DNA of 64,000 bases from an uncultured candidate division Zixibacteria bacterium (GTDB lineage: Bacteria > Zixibacteria > MSB-5A5 > UBA10806 > 4484-95): contig CAXXKA010000008.1 in the NCBI GenBank assembly GCA_963668625.2, forward strand, positions 896,001-960,000. Direction: 5' to 3'. Shown here piece by piece: positions 10,336 to 20,401 of this stretch (positions within the stretch are counted from its first letter, which is position 1; every line of letters starts with the position of its first letter). Both the position numbers and the translations under genes were made by a program. The notes beneath the pieces are model-generated. The model was not told the DNA's origin and did not search any database. It saw only the letters and a list, made by a program, of their open reading frames with translations.

Positions 10336-11290
10336 TGGCGCGCCTTTTCCTCATATTCGACCTGATTACGATAGCAGTCAGGTTAAGTAAAAAAGTCAGG
10401 ATCAACAACACTACTACCGTGCCGTACAAAATCGGCAGGGTCGCCTCGACATCCGGAGACTGTGTAGCCATTACATATATATGATATCCGAGTTCCATGA
10501 ACTGGTCGTTGAGCTTAGCGGGCAAGTAAGGCAGATAATACGCCGCTCCGGTAAACATTATCGGGGCTACCTCGCCCGCGCCTCGGCTTATCGAGAGAAT
10601 CGCGCCGGTCAGGATACCGGGCATGGCCTGCGGTATAATTATCCGTCTTATGGTTTGAAGCTTGGTAGCTCCCAGAGCGTAACTGGCTTCTTTCAGCTCT
10701 CTCGGGATAGTATTCAGAGCTTCCTCGGTAGATATAATCACTACTGGTAGTGTCAGCAACGCCAACGTAGCCGCCGCCCAGATAATCGCCGGTTGCCCCC
10801 AAACCGGGGCTGTTTGACTGAAAAACATAGAGTCCAGCCCGGAGCCGATAAAGCCTATGAAAAATCCCATACCGAATAAACCGAACACGATCGACGGCAC
10901 ACCGGCTAAATTACTTATCGCCACCCGTATGAGCTTGGTGATCTTCGAGGCCGGATTAGTGTATTCATGAAGATATATCGCGGTAAGAACTCCTATCGGA
11001 ATCGCTATAATAGTCATCAGCAACACCAGGAATATCGTGCCGATTATAGCGGGGAAAATACCGCCTTTCTCCATTCCCTGCTCAGGCGGACTGGATAAAA
11101 ACTCCCAGCTGACCATGCCAATACCGCCATATATGATATTGAACATGATAATAACCAGCATCGAGATTATTATTATCACTGCCATCGAGGTCAGAGCTTT
11201 CGGTATATAGCCTTTGCTTTTGGGTTTGAAATCGCGGGAGGGAATGAAATCCTCTATGTAATCGCGAGAGATTTTAGCATCGATAGCCAT
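10325..11290 (-). CDS. pstA: Phosphate ABC transporter permease PstA
   Basis: [33 protein letters not shown]. Confidence 0.95.
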   Translation of the reverse strand: MAIDAKISRDYIEDFIPSRDFKPKSKGYIPKALTSMAVIIIISMLVIIMFNIIYGGIGMVSWEFLSSPPEQGMEKGGIFPAIIGTIFLVLLMTIIAIPIGVLTAIYLHEYTNPASKITKLIRVAISNLAGVPSIVFGLFGMGFFIGFIGSGLDSMFFSQTAPVWGQPAIIWAAATLALLTLPVVIISTEEALNTIPRELKEASYALGATKLQTIRRIIIPQAMPGILTGAILSISRGAGEVAPIMFTGAAYYLPYLPAKLNDQFMELGYHIYVMATQSPDVEATLPILYGTVVVLLILTFLLNLTAIVIRSNMRKRRANVG

Positions 11291-12219
11291 TACTGTTGAC
11301 CCTGTATTTTCTCTTTGAGTTTATTCAAAATAATTTCTCCGCCCAAATTGGTCAGGAACGTGAACGCGAACAGCAGCGAGCCTATGAAAAACAGAACGCT
11401 GTAATGAGTGCCGCCGAATACGACCTCGGCCAACTCCGCCGCAATCGTCGCCGAAAATGTCCTGATCGAGTCGGCGAAGTTCCACGAGGATATTGCGGCG
11501 TTGCCGGAGGCCATCAACACTATCATCGTCTCGCCGATAGCCCTGCCGAAACCAAGCACTATACCGGCCCCGATACCGGGAATGGCCGCCGGGATAACCA
11601 TCGTGAAAGACACCTGCCACGGACTGGCGCCTAAGGCCAGCGCGGCCTCGCGAAGAGACCCGGGCACCGAGTTCAGCGCGTCCTCCGAAATAGTGAAGAT
11701 AATCGGGATAACCGCCAACCCTAAAGCGATACCGGCGTTAATCGCGTTTAAGCGAAACGTGAGTCCGAATAGATTCTGAATCATGGTTGCCATCACTATT
11801 AGCGCAAAAAAGCCCAGTACCACCGATGGTATACCGGCCAATAGCTCTATAGCCGGTTTAATCAACTCGCGGATACGTTTGGAGGCGAATTCCGCCGAGT
11901 ATACAGCCGCGCCTACTCCCAGCGGAACAGCTATAAGCATAGCGATCAGGGTAGCTTTCAGGGTGCCGATGAATAACGGCATCATGGAGAATTTAGCGGG
12001 ATCGGAGGTCGGACGCCACCTCGAGTGGTCAACGAACATTTTCTGCAAACTGACCTCGGCAGCGATATCGGGATCGGTAAAGATAGGAATTGCCTCTTTG
12101 AAAATGAATATGAATATAAGGAAAATAATGACGATAGCTGAAAGAGCACTCAGCATTATTATCTTCTCACCGAGGAACTCCAGCACCCTCGACTTGCTTT
12201 TAAACTCGTATCTCTCCAA
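11290..12219 (-). CDS. pstC: Phosphate ABC transporter permease PstC
   Basis: ELLAGIPSVVLG, REAALALGAS, GRAIGETMIVLM. Confidence 0.95.
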   Translation of the reverse strand: MERYEFKSKSRVLEFLGEKIIMLSALSAIVIIFLIFIFIFKEAIPIFTDPDIAAEVSLQKMFVDHSRWRPTSDPAKFSMMPLFIGTLKATLIAMLIAVPLGVGAAVYSAEFASKRIRELIKPAIELLAGIPSVVLGFFALIVMATMIQNLFGLTFRLNAINAGIALGLAVIPIIFTISEDALNSVPGSLREAALALGASPWQVSFTMVIPAAIPGIGAGIVLGFGRAIGETMIVLMASGNAAISSWNFADSIRTFSATIAAELAEVVFGGTHYSVLFFIGSLLFAFTFLTNLGGEIILNKLKEKIQGQQ

Positions 12220-12249
12220 AAAATTACTCCGACATCCTCGTGAATTTAC

Positions 12250-13104
12250 TCAGTCTATCATGTTAGCTTTGGCCATCTTGGATGATAATGGCACGTAGTC
12301 TATCTCCTCGGAGATTTTCTGGCCTTTAGCCGACAATGCCCAGTTAACCAGAGCTTTTACCTCGCCGGTAGGTTGACCGTTGAAAAACCAGTACAGCTCG
12401 CGCGATATCGGATAACTGCCGTTTGAAACTGTCTCCACGGAGGGTTCGACCGCCGTATCCGTTTCGGTCTTTTTAATCGCGGCAAACTTGACACCCTTAG
12501 CCCAGGCAATGCCACCGTAACCAATACCATTGACATCCTTTGAAACCGCGTTAACCACTGCTGCTGTACCCGGTAATGTCTGGGTATATTCAGAATACTC
12601 GCCTTTCGAGAGAACATGCTCTTTAAAGAAAGCGTAAGTACCGGAGTTATTTTCGCGCCCGTATAAAATAATTCGCTTGTCCCGGCCGCCAACCTCGCTC
12701 CAATTGGATATATTGCCGGTGTAAATTCCCTGAAGCTGTGCGAATGACAGCTCTTTCACCGGATTCTTCTCGTGGAGGAATACGGCTATACCGTCCAAAG
12801 CAACCGATATCCTTTGAATATCTATGCCTTTTTTCTCGGCCAACTTGTATTCTTTGGCTTTCATGTCTCTGGAGGCTTCGCAGATATCCGTAGTACCGTT
12901 TAAGAGCGCGGCAATACCGGTACCGGAACCGCCGCCGGATACCTGAATGATAACCTCGGGTTTTTCTTTCATGTATTCCTCTGCCCAGCGTTGGCCCAAC
13001 CTGACCAACGTGTCAGAACCTTTAATCGTTATCGTGTTTCCTGCGAACAGTATCGCCGATATCACCATCACAGCCAGCATCGCGATCATTACTTTTTTCA
13101 TCAT
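12250..13104 (-). CDS. pstS: Phosphate-binding periplasmic protein
   Basis: Signal peptide, KGSDT, GGGSGTG, ASR, RENNSGT, YPISRELY. Confidence 0.95.
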   Translation of the reverse strand: MMKKVMIAMLAVMVISAILFAGNTITIKGSDTLVRLGQRWAEEYMKEKPEVIIQVSGGGSGTGIAALLNGTTDICEASRDMKAKEYKLAEKKGIDIQRISVALDGIAVFLHEKNPVKELSFAQLQGIYTGNISNWSEVGGRDKRIILYGRENNSGTYAFFKEHVLSKGEYSEYTQTLPGTAAVVNAVSKDVNGIGYGGIAWAKGVKFAAIKKTETDTAVEPSVETVSNGSYPISRELYWFFNGQPTGEVKALVNWALSAKGQKISEEIDYVPLSSKMAKANMID

Positions 13105-13190
13105 TCCTCCGTTGCCGGTTGGTTCACCCTCCTCGAGTACCGGCGAATTTTAAATTACACTCTTCTCTGTGAGAATAGTACGTATCAATT

Positions 13191-13207
13191 GTTAAGTATT
13201 CGTTAGC
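13191..13207 (-). promoter_or_regulatory. Pho-box-like direct repeat upstream of pstS
   Basis: GTTAAG (13191) and GTTAGC (13202), 11 bp apart. Confidence 0.55.
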
Positions 13208-13279
13208 TTTTCATAAAAACAACGAAAACATTTATCCTTATCTTAATGTAACTCTTAATCATAGAAAAAATGTTCATCA

Positions 13280-14473
13280 TTAGTACTTAATTTGATACAC
13301 CATCTGGACTTTATAATCATCACCGAGGCTGTTACCGGCTACCGGCAACTTACCTCTGCCGCCTGAATCAGAGTCATAAGAGGTTGTTTCGAAATCGAGT
13401 ATGACCATATTTCCCCCCGATAAACCATACGATAAACCGCCAACAATCATCGTATAAGCAGTCTTATCGGCTATCAGATTATCTTTATCGGTATCAAACC
13501 GGTCGAATCTACCGAACAATGATAGTTTTACAGACTTAAAAGGTGAGATATTACCGAAAACCGATACCCCCTGAGTTTTCAACTCTGCGCCTGTCGAGTC
13601 GATCCAGGTACCTTTGGCGTTACCGGTAGTGGCGAATAACTGACCGGATAGAGTATATCTGGGATTTTCGATACTCAGCATACCGATATTAACTTTATAA
13701 TCAGGTTCATCCATTGTGTTACCTTTACCGAATATACCGAAATAGCTGAGTTGAAGTCCGGGCATGATATCGGGTATGGGGCGGAATGTTAATCGTCCCT
13801 GAAATGTCTTGTTCTCGTTGTTCTCATCTGCATGATAACCGCCGCCGTTGTATACGCCGATATGCCATGAGCCAAAACGGCCGTCATAATGGCTGTTGCC
13901 GGTGAGCTTTTCGGCCTCGTTTAATTTGCCTCCGAAATTGCCACCCAAGCTTATCCCTAAATCGGCAGAGTTGAGTACGCCGGCGCGCTCGATAGCCATA
14001 GTTCCCTGGCATCTGTAGATATTTATATGCTCCTCGAAATCCAGCCAGGGGATGTGTCCCAGGCCGATTTCGGAACGCCAATCGGTAAAGAAACCGTAGC
14101 CGGTATGGCGAAGTTCGGCGAAGAGATATTTCTCCCTTACCTTATAGTCACCGGTGTTATCTCGATGAATATCCATCGTAACGCGCATTCCGATCCATTC
14201 TGGATCTGACTTTTTGAATGTGAAATATCCGCGATTTAAGGAGAACTCGTTGTATTCCTCGTAAGTATCTCCGGCTAGAGGCGAGCGACCATATGAATAA
14301 TCGATATACCCGAGAACCTCCATTTTCACGCCTTTAAACGGATTCTTGTCTGCCCCTCCGGCTATCACCGGATTTGCCACAAAATAAGCTAGATACATAA
14401 ACAATACACATCCAAGAATTACTGTTTTTGTGCTTAATAAGTTTGAAATTCCCTCTCGGATCATAAAAAGCAT
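13280..14473 (-). CDS. Outer-membrane beta-barrel, probable phosphate-regulated porin
   Basis: Amphipathic beta strands and C-terminal QMVYQIKY barrel signature. Lies between phoR and pstS. Start uncertain (14536, 14473 or 14464). Confidence 0.7.
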   Translation of the reverse strand: MLFMIREGISNLLSTKTVILGCVLFMYLAYFVANPVIAGGADKNPFKGVKMEVLGYIDYSYGRSPLAGDTYEEYNEFSLNRGYFTFKKSDPEWIGMRVTMDIHRDNTGDYKVREKYLFAELRHTGYGFFTDWRSEIGLGHIPWLDFEEHINIYRCQGTMAIERAGVLNSADLGISLGGNFGGKLNEAEKLTGNSHYDGRFGSWHIGVYNGGGYHADENNENKTFQGRLTFRPIPDIMPGLQLSYFGIFGKGNTMDEPDYKVNIGMLSIENPRYTLSGQLFATTGNAKGTWIDSTGAELKTQGVSVFGNISPFKSVKLSLFGRFDRFDTDKDNLIADKTAYTMIVGGLSYGLSGGNMVILDFETTSYDSDSGGRGKLPVAGNSLGDDYKVQMVYQIKY

Positions 14474-14547
14474 ACCTTTCCCTATTGGTAACGAATTATT
14501 CTTCCCTGATTGTATTTCCACGGCGTCAATCATCACATTGCGATTAA

Positions 14548-14586
14548 ATTAATTTAATGTTATGATTGTGTTAGCGTACTATTAGC
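14548..14586 (-). promoter_or_regulatory. Pho-box-like array upstream of the porin gene
   Basis: ATTAAT, GTTATG, GTTAGC, ATTAGC at 14548, 14559, 14570 and 14581 (11-bp period). Confidence 0.65.
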
Positions 14587-14714
14587 AAACGATAATATTA
14601 TTAAAGAAAATTAAGATATTGTTCAACTTTAGTATTGTTCGGGATTTCGATTTTATGATAATGTTGTAAATCTCTCTATGTTTGGAATATATAAGATAAA
14701 GTTGATTTTTTCAA

Positions 14715-16487
14715 CTATGCATGTGGAATCGATATCGTGAAAATACTACCTTTGCCCAGGTTGCTTTCCACAGAGACTTTACCCTTGTGAACGATAACGA
14801 TATGCTTAACTATTGATAACCCCAGCCCGGTTCCACCCAACTGGCGGCTTCTTTCTTTGTCCACCCTGTAAAACCTCTCGAATATGCGTTGCTGATCTTC
14901 CTTTGGTATACCAATGCCATCATCTTTGACACTGATATTAACGAAATCATTATCCCGCTCAACCATGACACTTATCGTTCCACCTTCGGGGCTGTACTTT
15001 ATGGCATTATTCAGAAGGTTAACCATTGCTTGATGAATGAGATCCTCGTTTATTTTCGCGCTCAGGTTCTCAGCGCATTCCAGTTCCAGCCTGATACTGC
15101 TTTCTTTTGCCTGTGGATCGCAGGTTTGCAGGCTGGTTTTAAGCACACCATGAAGTTCTTGCATCTCGAACGCGATACCGGCTTTCTCTTCATTCTCCTC
15201 GATACGGGATAGGTTTAGAAGATCCTCGATAATACCGTTGAGTCTTTCGGTCTGTTTTATGATGATAGATAAAAACCGGCGAGCATCATCGGGGCTGTTT
15301 ATAGCGCCGTCCTGAAGGGTTTCCACGAATCCTTTTATCGAAGTGATCGGGGTTTTAAGCTCATGCGATACGTTGGCCACGAAATCGCGGCGCATATTTT
15401 CCAACTCACGTATCTTGGTGATATCGTTCAGCACGATAACCGTTCCGATATGCTTGCCCGCGCCATCCCGGAGCGCTGCTCCGTGCGCCTGTATATAGTA
15501 TTCTTTGCCCCGGTCCAATACTATCTCGCCCTCAATAGCTTTTTGTTCGGCTAATGATCTTTTCACGAAATCTTGAATCTGGGTATTTCGCAGTACCTCG
15601 TAAATATAACGACCATGAGCCAAATCATCGCTGACATTGAGCATACTCTCGGCGGCGGCATTGATATTTATCACCCGCTCGTTCAGATCGATAGCCAGTA
15701 CGCCCTCGACCATACTCGATAATACAGCCTGCTGCTCGTTTTTCTGGCGAATTATCGTATTGATCCTGTCGTTCAACTGGATGGCCATCTGGTTCATCGA
15801 ATCGACGAGCCCGCCAATTTCGTGCGAATCGTGATCCGGCATTCGATGGCTTAACTTGCCCCTGGCATACTCGTTGGAAATACTCCGCATCGTTTCCAGC
15901 GGATCGCTGACTCGTTTCGAGGTATACAGGCTCGCCAGCAATATCAGAATCATCACCGCCAAACCTCCGAGCGCCACCCTGAAATATACGCTCATCAAAG
16001 CCTCATGGACTATTTGCACCGAGCGGGAGGCCCGGATAGCCCCGATCACCCGGCGGTTTTCGATGATTGGTACTGCCACATATACGAAATCGGACTTGAT
16101 GGTATTGCTATATCGAACCGCCACGCCGATATCACCCGAAAGCGCCCGGCTGATTTCGGGACGTTGTGAGTGATCCTCCATCAGGACTGATTCCTCCTCC
16201 GAGTCACATCGTACCATGCCATCCGCATCGACTATAGTCAAACGAGTTTCGGTATCATTAAAGAGGCTGGAGCAATAATCATCATTAACGAGCGCCATTA
16301 CATCATCATCGCATTGGGTGAAATGATTATTCACTATAGTAGCTTTGTTTTGTAGTTCGACGACGACTTGCTCGAGATAGAATTGTTCGAAAGTCTGGGA
16401 GATGTAAAACGTAACCGCTATCATGGCGATAAACGTTATCAACCAGAGCGATGGAAATAATTGCCAGACTAGACGCTTTCGATTCAC
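14715..16487 (-). CDS. phoR: Phosphate regulon sensor histidine kinase (HAMP-PAS-HisKA-HATPase)
   Basis: DFVANVSHELKTP, NLLNNAIKY, FERFYRVDKERSR..GGTGLGLSIVKH. Confidence 0.93.
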   Translation of the reverse strand: MNRKRLVWQLFPSLWLITFIAMIAVTFYISQTFEQFYLEQVVVELQNKATIVNNHFTQCDDDVMALVNDDYCSSLFNDTETRLTIVDADGMVRCDSEEESVLMEDHSQRPEISRALSGDIGVAVRYSNTIKSDFVYVAVPIIENRRVIGAIRASRSVQIVHEALMSVYFRVALGGLAVMILILLASLYTSKRVSDPLETMRSISNEYARGKLSHRMPDHDSHEIGGLVDSMNQMAIQLNDRINTIIRQKNEQQAVLSSMVEGVLAIDLNERVININAAAESMLNVSDDLAHGRYIYEVLRNTQIQDFVKRSLAEQKAIEGEIVLDRGKEYYIQAHGAALRDGAGKHIGTVIVLNDITKIRELENMRRDFVANVSHELKTPITSIKGFVETLQDGAINSPDDARRFLSIIIKQTERLNGIIEDLLNLSRIEENEEKAGIAFEMQELHGVLKTSLQTCDPQAKESSIRLELECAENLSAKINEDLIHQAMVNLLNNAIKYSPEGGTISVMVERDNDFVNISVKDDGIGIPKEDQQRIFERFYRVDKERSRQLGGTGLGLSIVKHIVIVHKGKVSVESNLGKGSIFTISIPHA

Positions 16488-17182
16488 ATTTGTTCCCTGA
16501 ACCGGTAACCGACACCGCGTACTGTTTCGATATACTTGCCGTAACTGCGGAGCTTCTTGCGCAACCCGACAACCTGAACATCAACGGTTCTATCGGTTAC
16601 GACATAGTCTTCACCCCTGACAGCATCGACGATTTGATAGCGAGTGAAAACCCATCCCGGACGGCTTGCCAGGAAGTGCAGCAATTTGAATTCCGTAAGC
16701 GTGAACTTTACCGATTCGCCGGAAATCAGAACCTCATGTCGACCCGGATGAATCACCAGGTCGTTAATCTTGATAACCGAGTTCTGATCCGCCGGATGCT
16801 GGGTATTACGTCTAAAACAGGCACGAATTCGAGCGATAAGGACTTTAGGGCTAAAGGGTTTGGTTACGTAATCATCCGCGCCTAATTCCAATCCGGTTAC
16901 TATATCCGATTCCTCCCCCTTGGCGGTTACCATGACGACCGGAATAACAGCCGTGGCTGAATCCGACTTGAGAAGTTTGCAAACCTCAAGACCGTCAATG
17001 CCGGGAAGCATAAGATCAAGTACGATCAAATCTGGTTTCTCCGCCCGGGCTTTATCCAAACCGATTTCACCCGAGTTGGCGCTTATAACCTGGTATCCCT
17101 CTTTATCAAGGTTATATCTTATTAACTCCTGAATGTCCTCGTCATCCTCGACAACAAGTATTTTTGCTTTTCCCATAATCAT
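16484..17182 (-). CDS. phoB: Phosphate regulon response regulator (OmpR/PhoB family)
   Basis: DLIVLDLMLP, GLELGADDYVTKPF, RTVDVQV, IETVRGVGYRF. Confidence 0.93.
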   Translation of the reverse strand: MIMGKAKILVVEDDEDIQELIRYNLDKEGYQVISANSGEIGLDKARAEKPDLIVLDLMLPGIDGLEVCKLLKSDSATAVIPVVMVTAKGEESDIVTGLELGADDYVTKPFSPKVLIARIRACFRRNTQHPADQNSVIKINDLVIHPGRHEVLISGESVKFTLTEFKLLHFLASRPGWVFTRYQIVDAVRGEDYVVTDRTVDVQVVGLRKKLRSYGKYIETVRGVGYRFREQM

Positions 17183-17206
17183 AATGCCTGTAATAAACCC
17201 CGAAAC

Positions 17207-17234
17207 ATTAGCCTAATGTTAGCAATCGGTTAAA
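17207..17234 (-). promoter_or_regulatory. Pho-box-like array upstream of phoB
   Basis: ATTAGC, GTTAGC, GTTAAA at 17207, 17218 and 17229. Confidence 0.65.
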
Positions 17235-17895
17235 TTTACACTTGCGATTTCGACTACCATTTGTTTAACTCGTTTAAAACCATCCATTTATTGAATATGA
17301 ATATATTAGCGATAAATTAAAATCAAAGCAAATCATATATTTCAACTATTGACTTTTGGAGCAGTTTAAATTTTACAACCTGAATTATCCGATATGCGAT
17401 TGAAACCCGCAGTAAGTGACCTGCCAGTCTATCTTTTAGAGTTATACTCCCGGTACTTCTTCAAGCCGCCGGCATGTCATCGGTGTAAGATATTGTTTTC
17501 TTGTCGCCACGATTTAGCAAATCAGTCAATTAATCGGTTGAAATAAAGCAATTTTTGGAAACAATTCTAAAAACTCCAATGTTACCTATAATTTGAAGGG
17601 TTGTTGAAAAATTCAGCTTCACGAGTCGACAGGAATCATTTCCTGGCGAATTACCGTATGAATATAGGTGGCAGGAAAGAATTTCTACCACCTCAGGTAG
17701 ATTTACATCAATCCTTTGAATAGATGTTCGTTCAATTTGCATCCATTATTGCAAATTGACTTTTTAAACCCGGACTGCTATACTTTTAAGATGAAAAGTG
17801 ATTGAATGACCAAACTAATCAAACTGGGAAAATTCGTTTTAAACTCATGAATAATATCAAAATTTAGCATATAATTGAGATTTGTAGGAGGATAA

Positions 17896-18933
17896 ATGCC
17901 CGCCCAAAAATCATCGACAAAGAAGGCTACCGGAAAGCGCAAATCGGAGATTCCCGATGACGTGTTGATGGGGCTATATACTAACCTGCTAAAAACCCGC
18001 CTCCTGGATGAGAAACTGCGCAAGTTGTTCCGTCAGGGACGATATGCCGGCACTTATTTTTCGGCGGTCGGGCAAGAGGCAACCACGGTCTGTCCCACAT
18101 ATGGGCTCCGTGATGAGGACATCATAGCACCATCACACCGCGAGATTGGCTCTGCCGTAGCTAAAGGCATCCCACTGGTGGAGATTATAGCCCAGGTGTA
18201 CGCCCGCAAGAACTCGCCCGACAAAGGCAAAACTCACCCCTGCCATTACGGCTCGCGCGCGAAAGGATTTATTTCGCCCTCCTCGACCCTTGCCAGTCAA
18301 GCCATCATAGGCACGGGCTGCGCGATGGGTTATAAAATTCAGAAAAAGGATAATGTCGTAATCGCCTTTTTCGGTGAGGGCTCGACGGCTAGAGGCGGTT
18401 GGCATGAGGCCGTGAACTATGCCGGCATTCACAAGCTGCCTATCGTATATATCTGCCAGAACAATCTCTGGGCCGAATCGGTACCGGCCAGTAGCTCGGC
18501 GGCCATTCAGTTTTTCTCCGATAGAGCCAAGGCTTACGGTTTCCCGGGTGTTACCGTGGATGGTAACGATTTTGTCGAGATGTATAAAGCCTCGCAAGAT
18601 GCCATAAAGCGCGCTCGTGAGGGCAAAGGTCCGACCCTGATCGAGGCGATGACCTACCGCTGGTACGGCCATTCCGAGATTGACCCGGCTGACTACCGAA
18701 CTCAGGAGGAGTTGAACTACTGGAAAGAGAAAGACCCGCTGGCACGCGCCGAGAATTATCTCCGCGAAAGAGATATTCTAACGGATGCCAGGCGTGAATC
18801 TATCATAGAGGAATGCACGCTTGAAATCGAGGAAGCGATCAAGGCTAACGAAAACGAGAAATACGCCGAGCCCGAGGAGGCTTACGAGGACGTGTATTCG
18901 AAGAATTTCCCGGTGAGGCGTGATGAGTACTGA
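17896..18933 (+). CDS. 2-oxoacid dehydrogenase E1 alpha (branched-chain type likely)
   Basis: GQEA, ThDP motif GEGS...QNN, TYRWYGHS. Confidence 0.92.
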   Translation: MPAQKSSTKKATGKRKSEIPDDVLMGLYTNLLKTRLLDEKLRKLFRQGRYAGTYFSAVGQEATTVCPTYGLRDEDIIAPSHREIGSAVAKGIPLVEIIAQVYARKNSPDKGKTHPCHYGSRAKGFISPSSTLASQAIIGTGCAMGYKIQKKDNVVIAFFGEGSTARGGWHEAVNYAGIHKLPIVYICQNNLWAESVPASSSAAIQFFSDRAKAYGFPGVTVDGNDFVEMYKASQDAIKRAREGKGPTLIEAMTYRWYGHSEIDPADYRTQEELNYWKEKDPLARAENYLRERDILTDARRESIIEECTLEIEEAIKANENEKYAEPEEAYEDVYSKNFPVRRDEY

Positions 18934-19411
18934 TATACAGGGTAAGAAATCATCCGAATCCAGAATCGAGATGACCGAGCTGGTATTACCCAATGATGCC
19001 AACGTACTGGGCAACGCTTTAGGTGGCCGCGTAATGCATTGGATCGACCTGGCGGCGGCGACCGCGGCACACAAGCATTGCAATTCTATATGTGTAACCG
19101 CCTCGTTGGAACGTTTATCGTTTTTGAATCCTATAAAGGTAGGTCAATTGGCTCATCTGAAAGGCCGAGTTGTTTGTACGGGGAACACCTCGCTTATTAC
19201 CAAAGTGGATGTTTACTCGGAGGACATGGACACGGGCGAGGTCAAGATGACCTCCGAGGCGTATTTGATTTTTGTCTGCCTGGATAAAGACGGCAACAAG
19301 AAAAAAGTGCCCCCGGTGATTTTAGAAACGGAGGCGGAGAAAGCCGAATGCGCCCGGGCACAGGAGTTCAGGAAAAAAATACAACAAAATAAGAAGCAGG
19401 AGCGGAGATGA
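18920..19411 (+). CDS. Hotdog-fold acyl-CoA thioesterase (YciA-like)
   Basis: VLPNDANVLGNALGGRVMHWIDLAA, VTAS, FLNPIKVG. Confidence 0.9.
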   Translation: MMSTDIQGKKSSESRIEMTELVLPNDANVLGNALGGRVMHWIDLAAATAAHKHCNSICVTASLERLSFLNPIKVGQLAHLKGRVVCTGNTSLITKVDVYSEDMDTGEVKMTSEAYLIFVCLDKDGNKKKVPPVILETEAEKAECARAQEFRKKIQQNKKQERR

Positions 19412-20391
19412 AGAAAACATCATACATCGATGCTATAAACCAGGCGATGCATGAGGAGATGGAGCGCGACGAAAAAGTCTTCATCATCGGCGAGGATGTC
19501 GGAGTCTACGGCGGCGTATTCAAGGCCACTAAAGGGCTTCTGGATAAATTCGGCCCGGAGCGCGTGATCGATTCGCCGATCTCCGAGGTATATATCGCCG
19601 GGGGAAGTGTTGGCGCGGCCATGGTCGGCATGAGACCTATCGCCGAAATTCAGTTCGCCGATTTCATAACCCCCTCCATGGATCAGCTTATTCAGCAGGC
19701 GGCCAAACTTCGCTACCGCACCGGCGGCCAGTGGACATGCCCGATGGTGGTACGTGTCTGCTGCGGCGGTGATGTCGGCGGCGGGCTTTATCATTCGCAA
19801 ATTAATGAGCAGTGGTTTTTCTCTCAACCCGGCCTGCAGGTAGTGCTGCCATCAACGGCCTATGATGCCAAAGGATTACTGAAATCCGCTATCCGAGGCG
19901 AGGATCCGGTGATATATTACGAGCACAAACGCCTCTATCGTTGGGTTAAAGAGGATTTACCCGAGGATGATTTCATGGTGCCTATAGGTAAAGCAGCGAT
20001 TCGTAAAGAGGGTAAGGACGTTACGCTCGTTTCCTACGGATTTATGGCCCATCGCTCTCTTCAAGCGATGGAGGAACTGGAAAAGGACGGAATATCGGTG
20101 GAGATGATCGATATGCGGACGATATCTCCATGGGATAGAGAGATGATACTGGGGTCAGTGAGGAAAACATCGAGAGTGGTGCTGGTACAGGAAAGCTCGA
20201 AAACAGGCGGCGTGATGGGTGAGATCGCCGCGACTATAGCCGAGGAGGTTTTCGACTACCTCGACGCTCCGGTGGCGCGCGTGTGTGGTTTGGATGTCCC
20301 GGCTATACCGTTTGCTCCCCCGATGGAGCATTTTTTCCTGCCCAACCCGGAGAAAATAGCCAGAGCCGTTAGGAAAGTAATGGAATACTAA
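19408..20391 (+). CDS. 2-oxoacid dehydrogenase E1 beta
   Basis: GEDVGVYGGVFKAT, DSPISE, AEIQFADF, GGLYHSQ. Confidence 0.95.
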   Translation: MKKTSYIDAINQAMHEEMERDEKVFIIGEDVGVYGGVFKATKGLLDKFGPERVIDSPISEVYIAGGSVGAAMVGMRPIAEIQFADFITPSMDQLIQQAAKLRYRTGGQWTCPMVVRVCCGGDVGGGLYHSQINEQWFFSQPGLQVVLPSTAYDAKGLLKSAIRGEDPVIYYEHKRLYRWVKEDLPEDDFMVPIGKAAIRKEGKDVTLVSYGFMAHRSLQAMEELEKDGISVEMIDMRTISPWDREMILGSVRKTSRVVLVQESSKTGGVMGEIAATIAEEVFDYLDAPVARVCGLDVPAIPFAPPMEHFFLPNPEKIARAVRKVMEY

Positions 20392-20401
20392 GGAGATTGC
20401 T

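Noticed and set aside
17380-17546. Possible 6S-like hairpin or 50-aa CxxC ORF (17394-17546)
   Set aside because: Pairing is partial and too short for 6S RNA, and the ORF has no RBS. An Rfam search would be needed.
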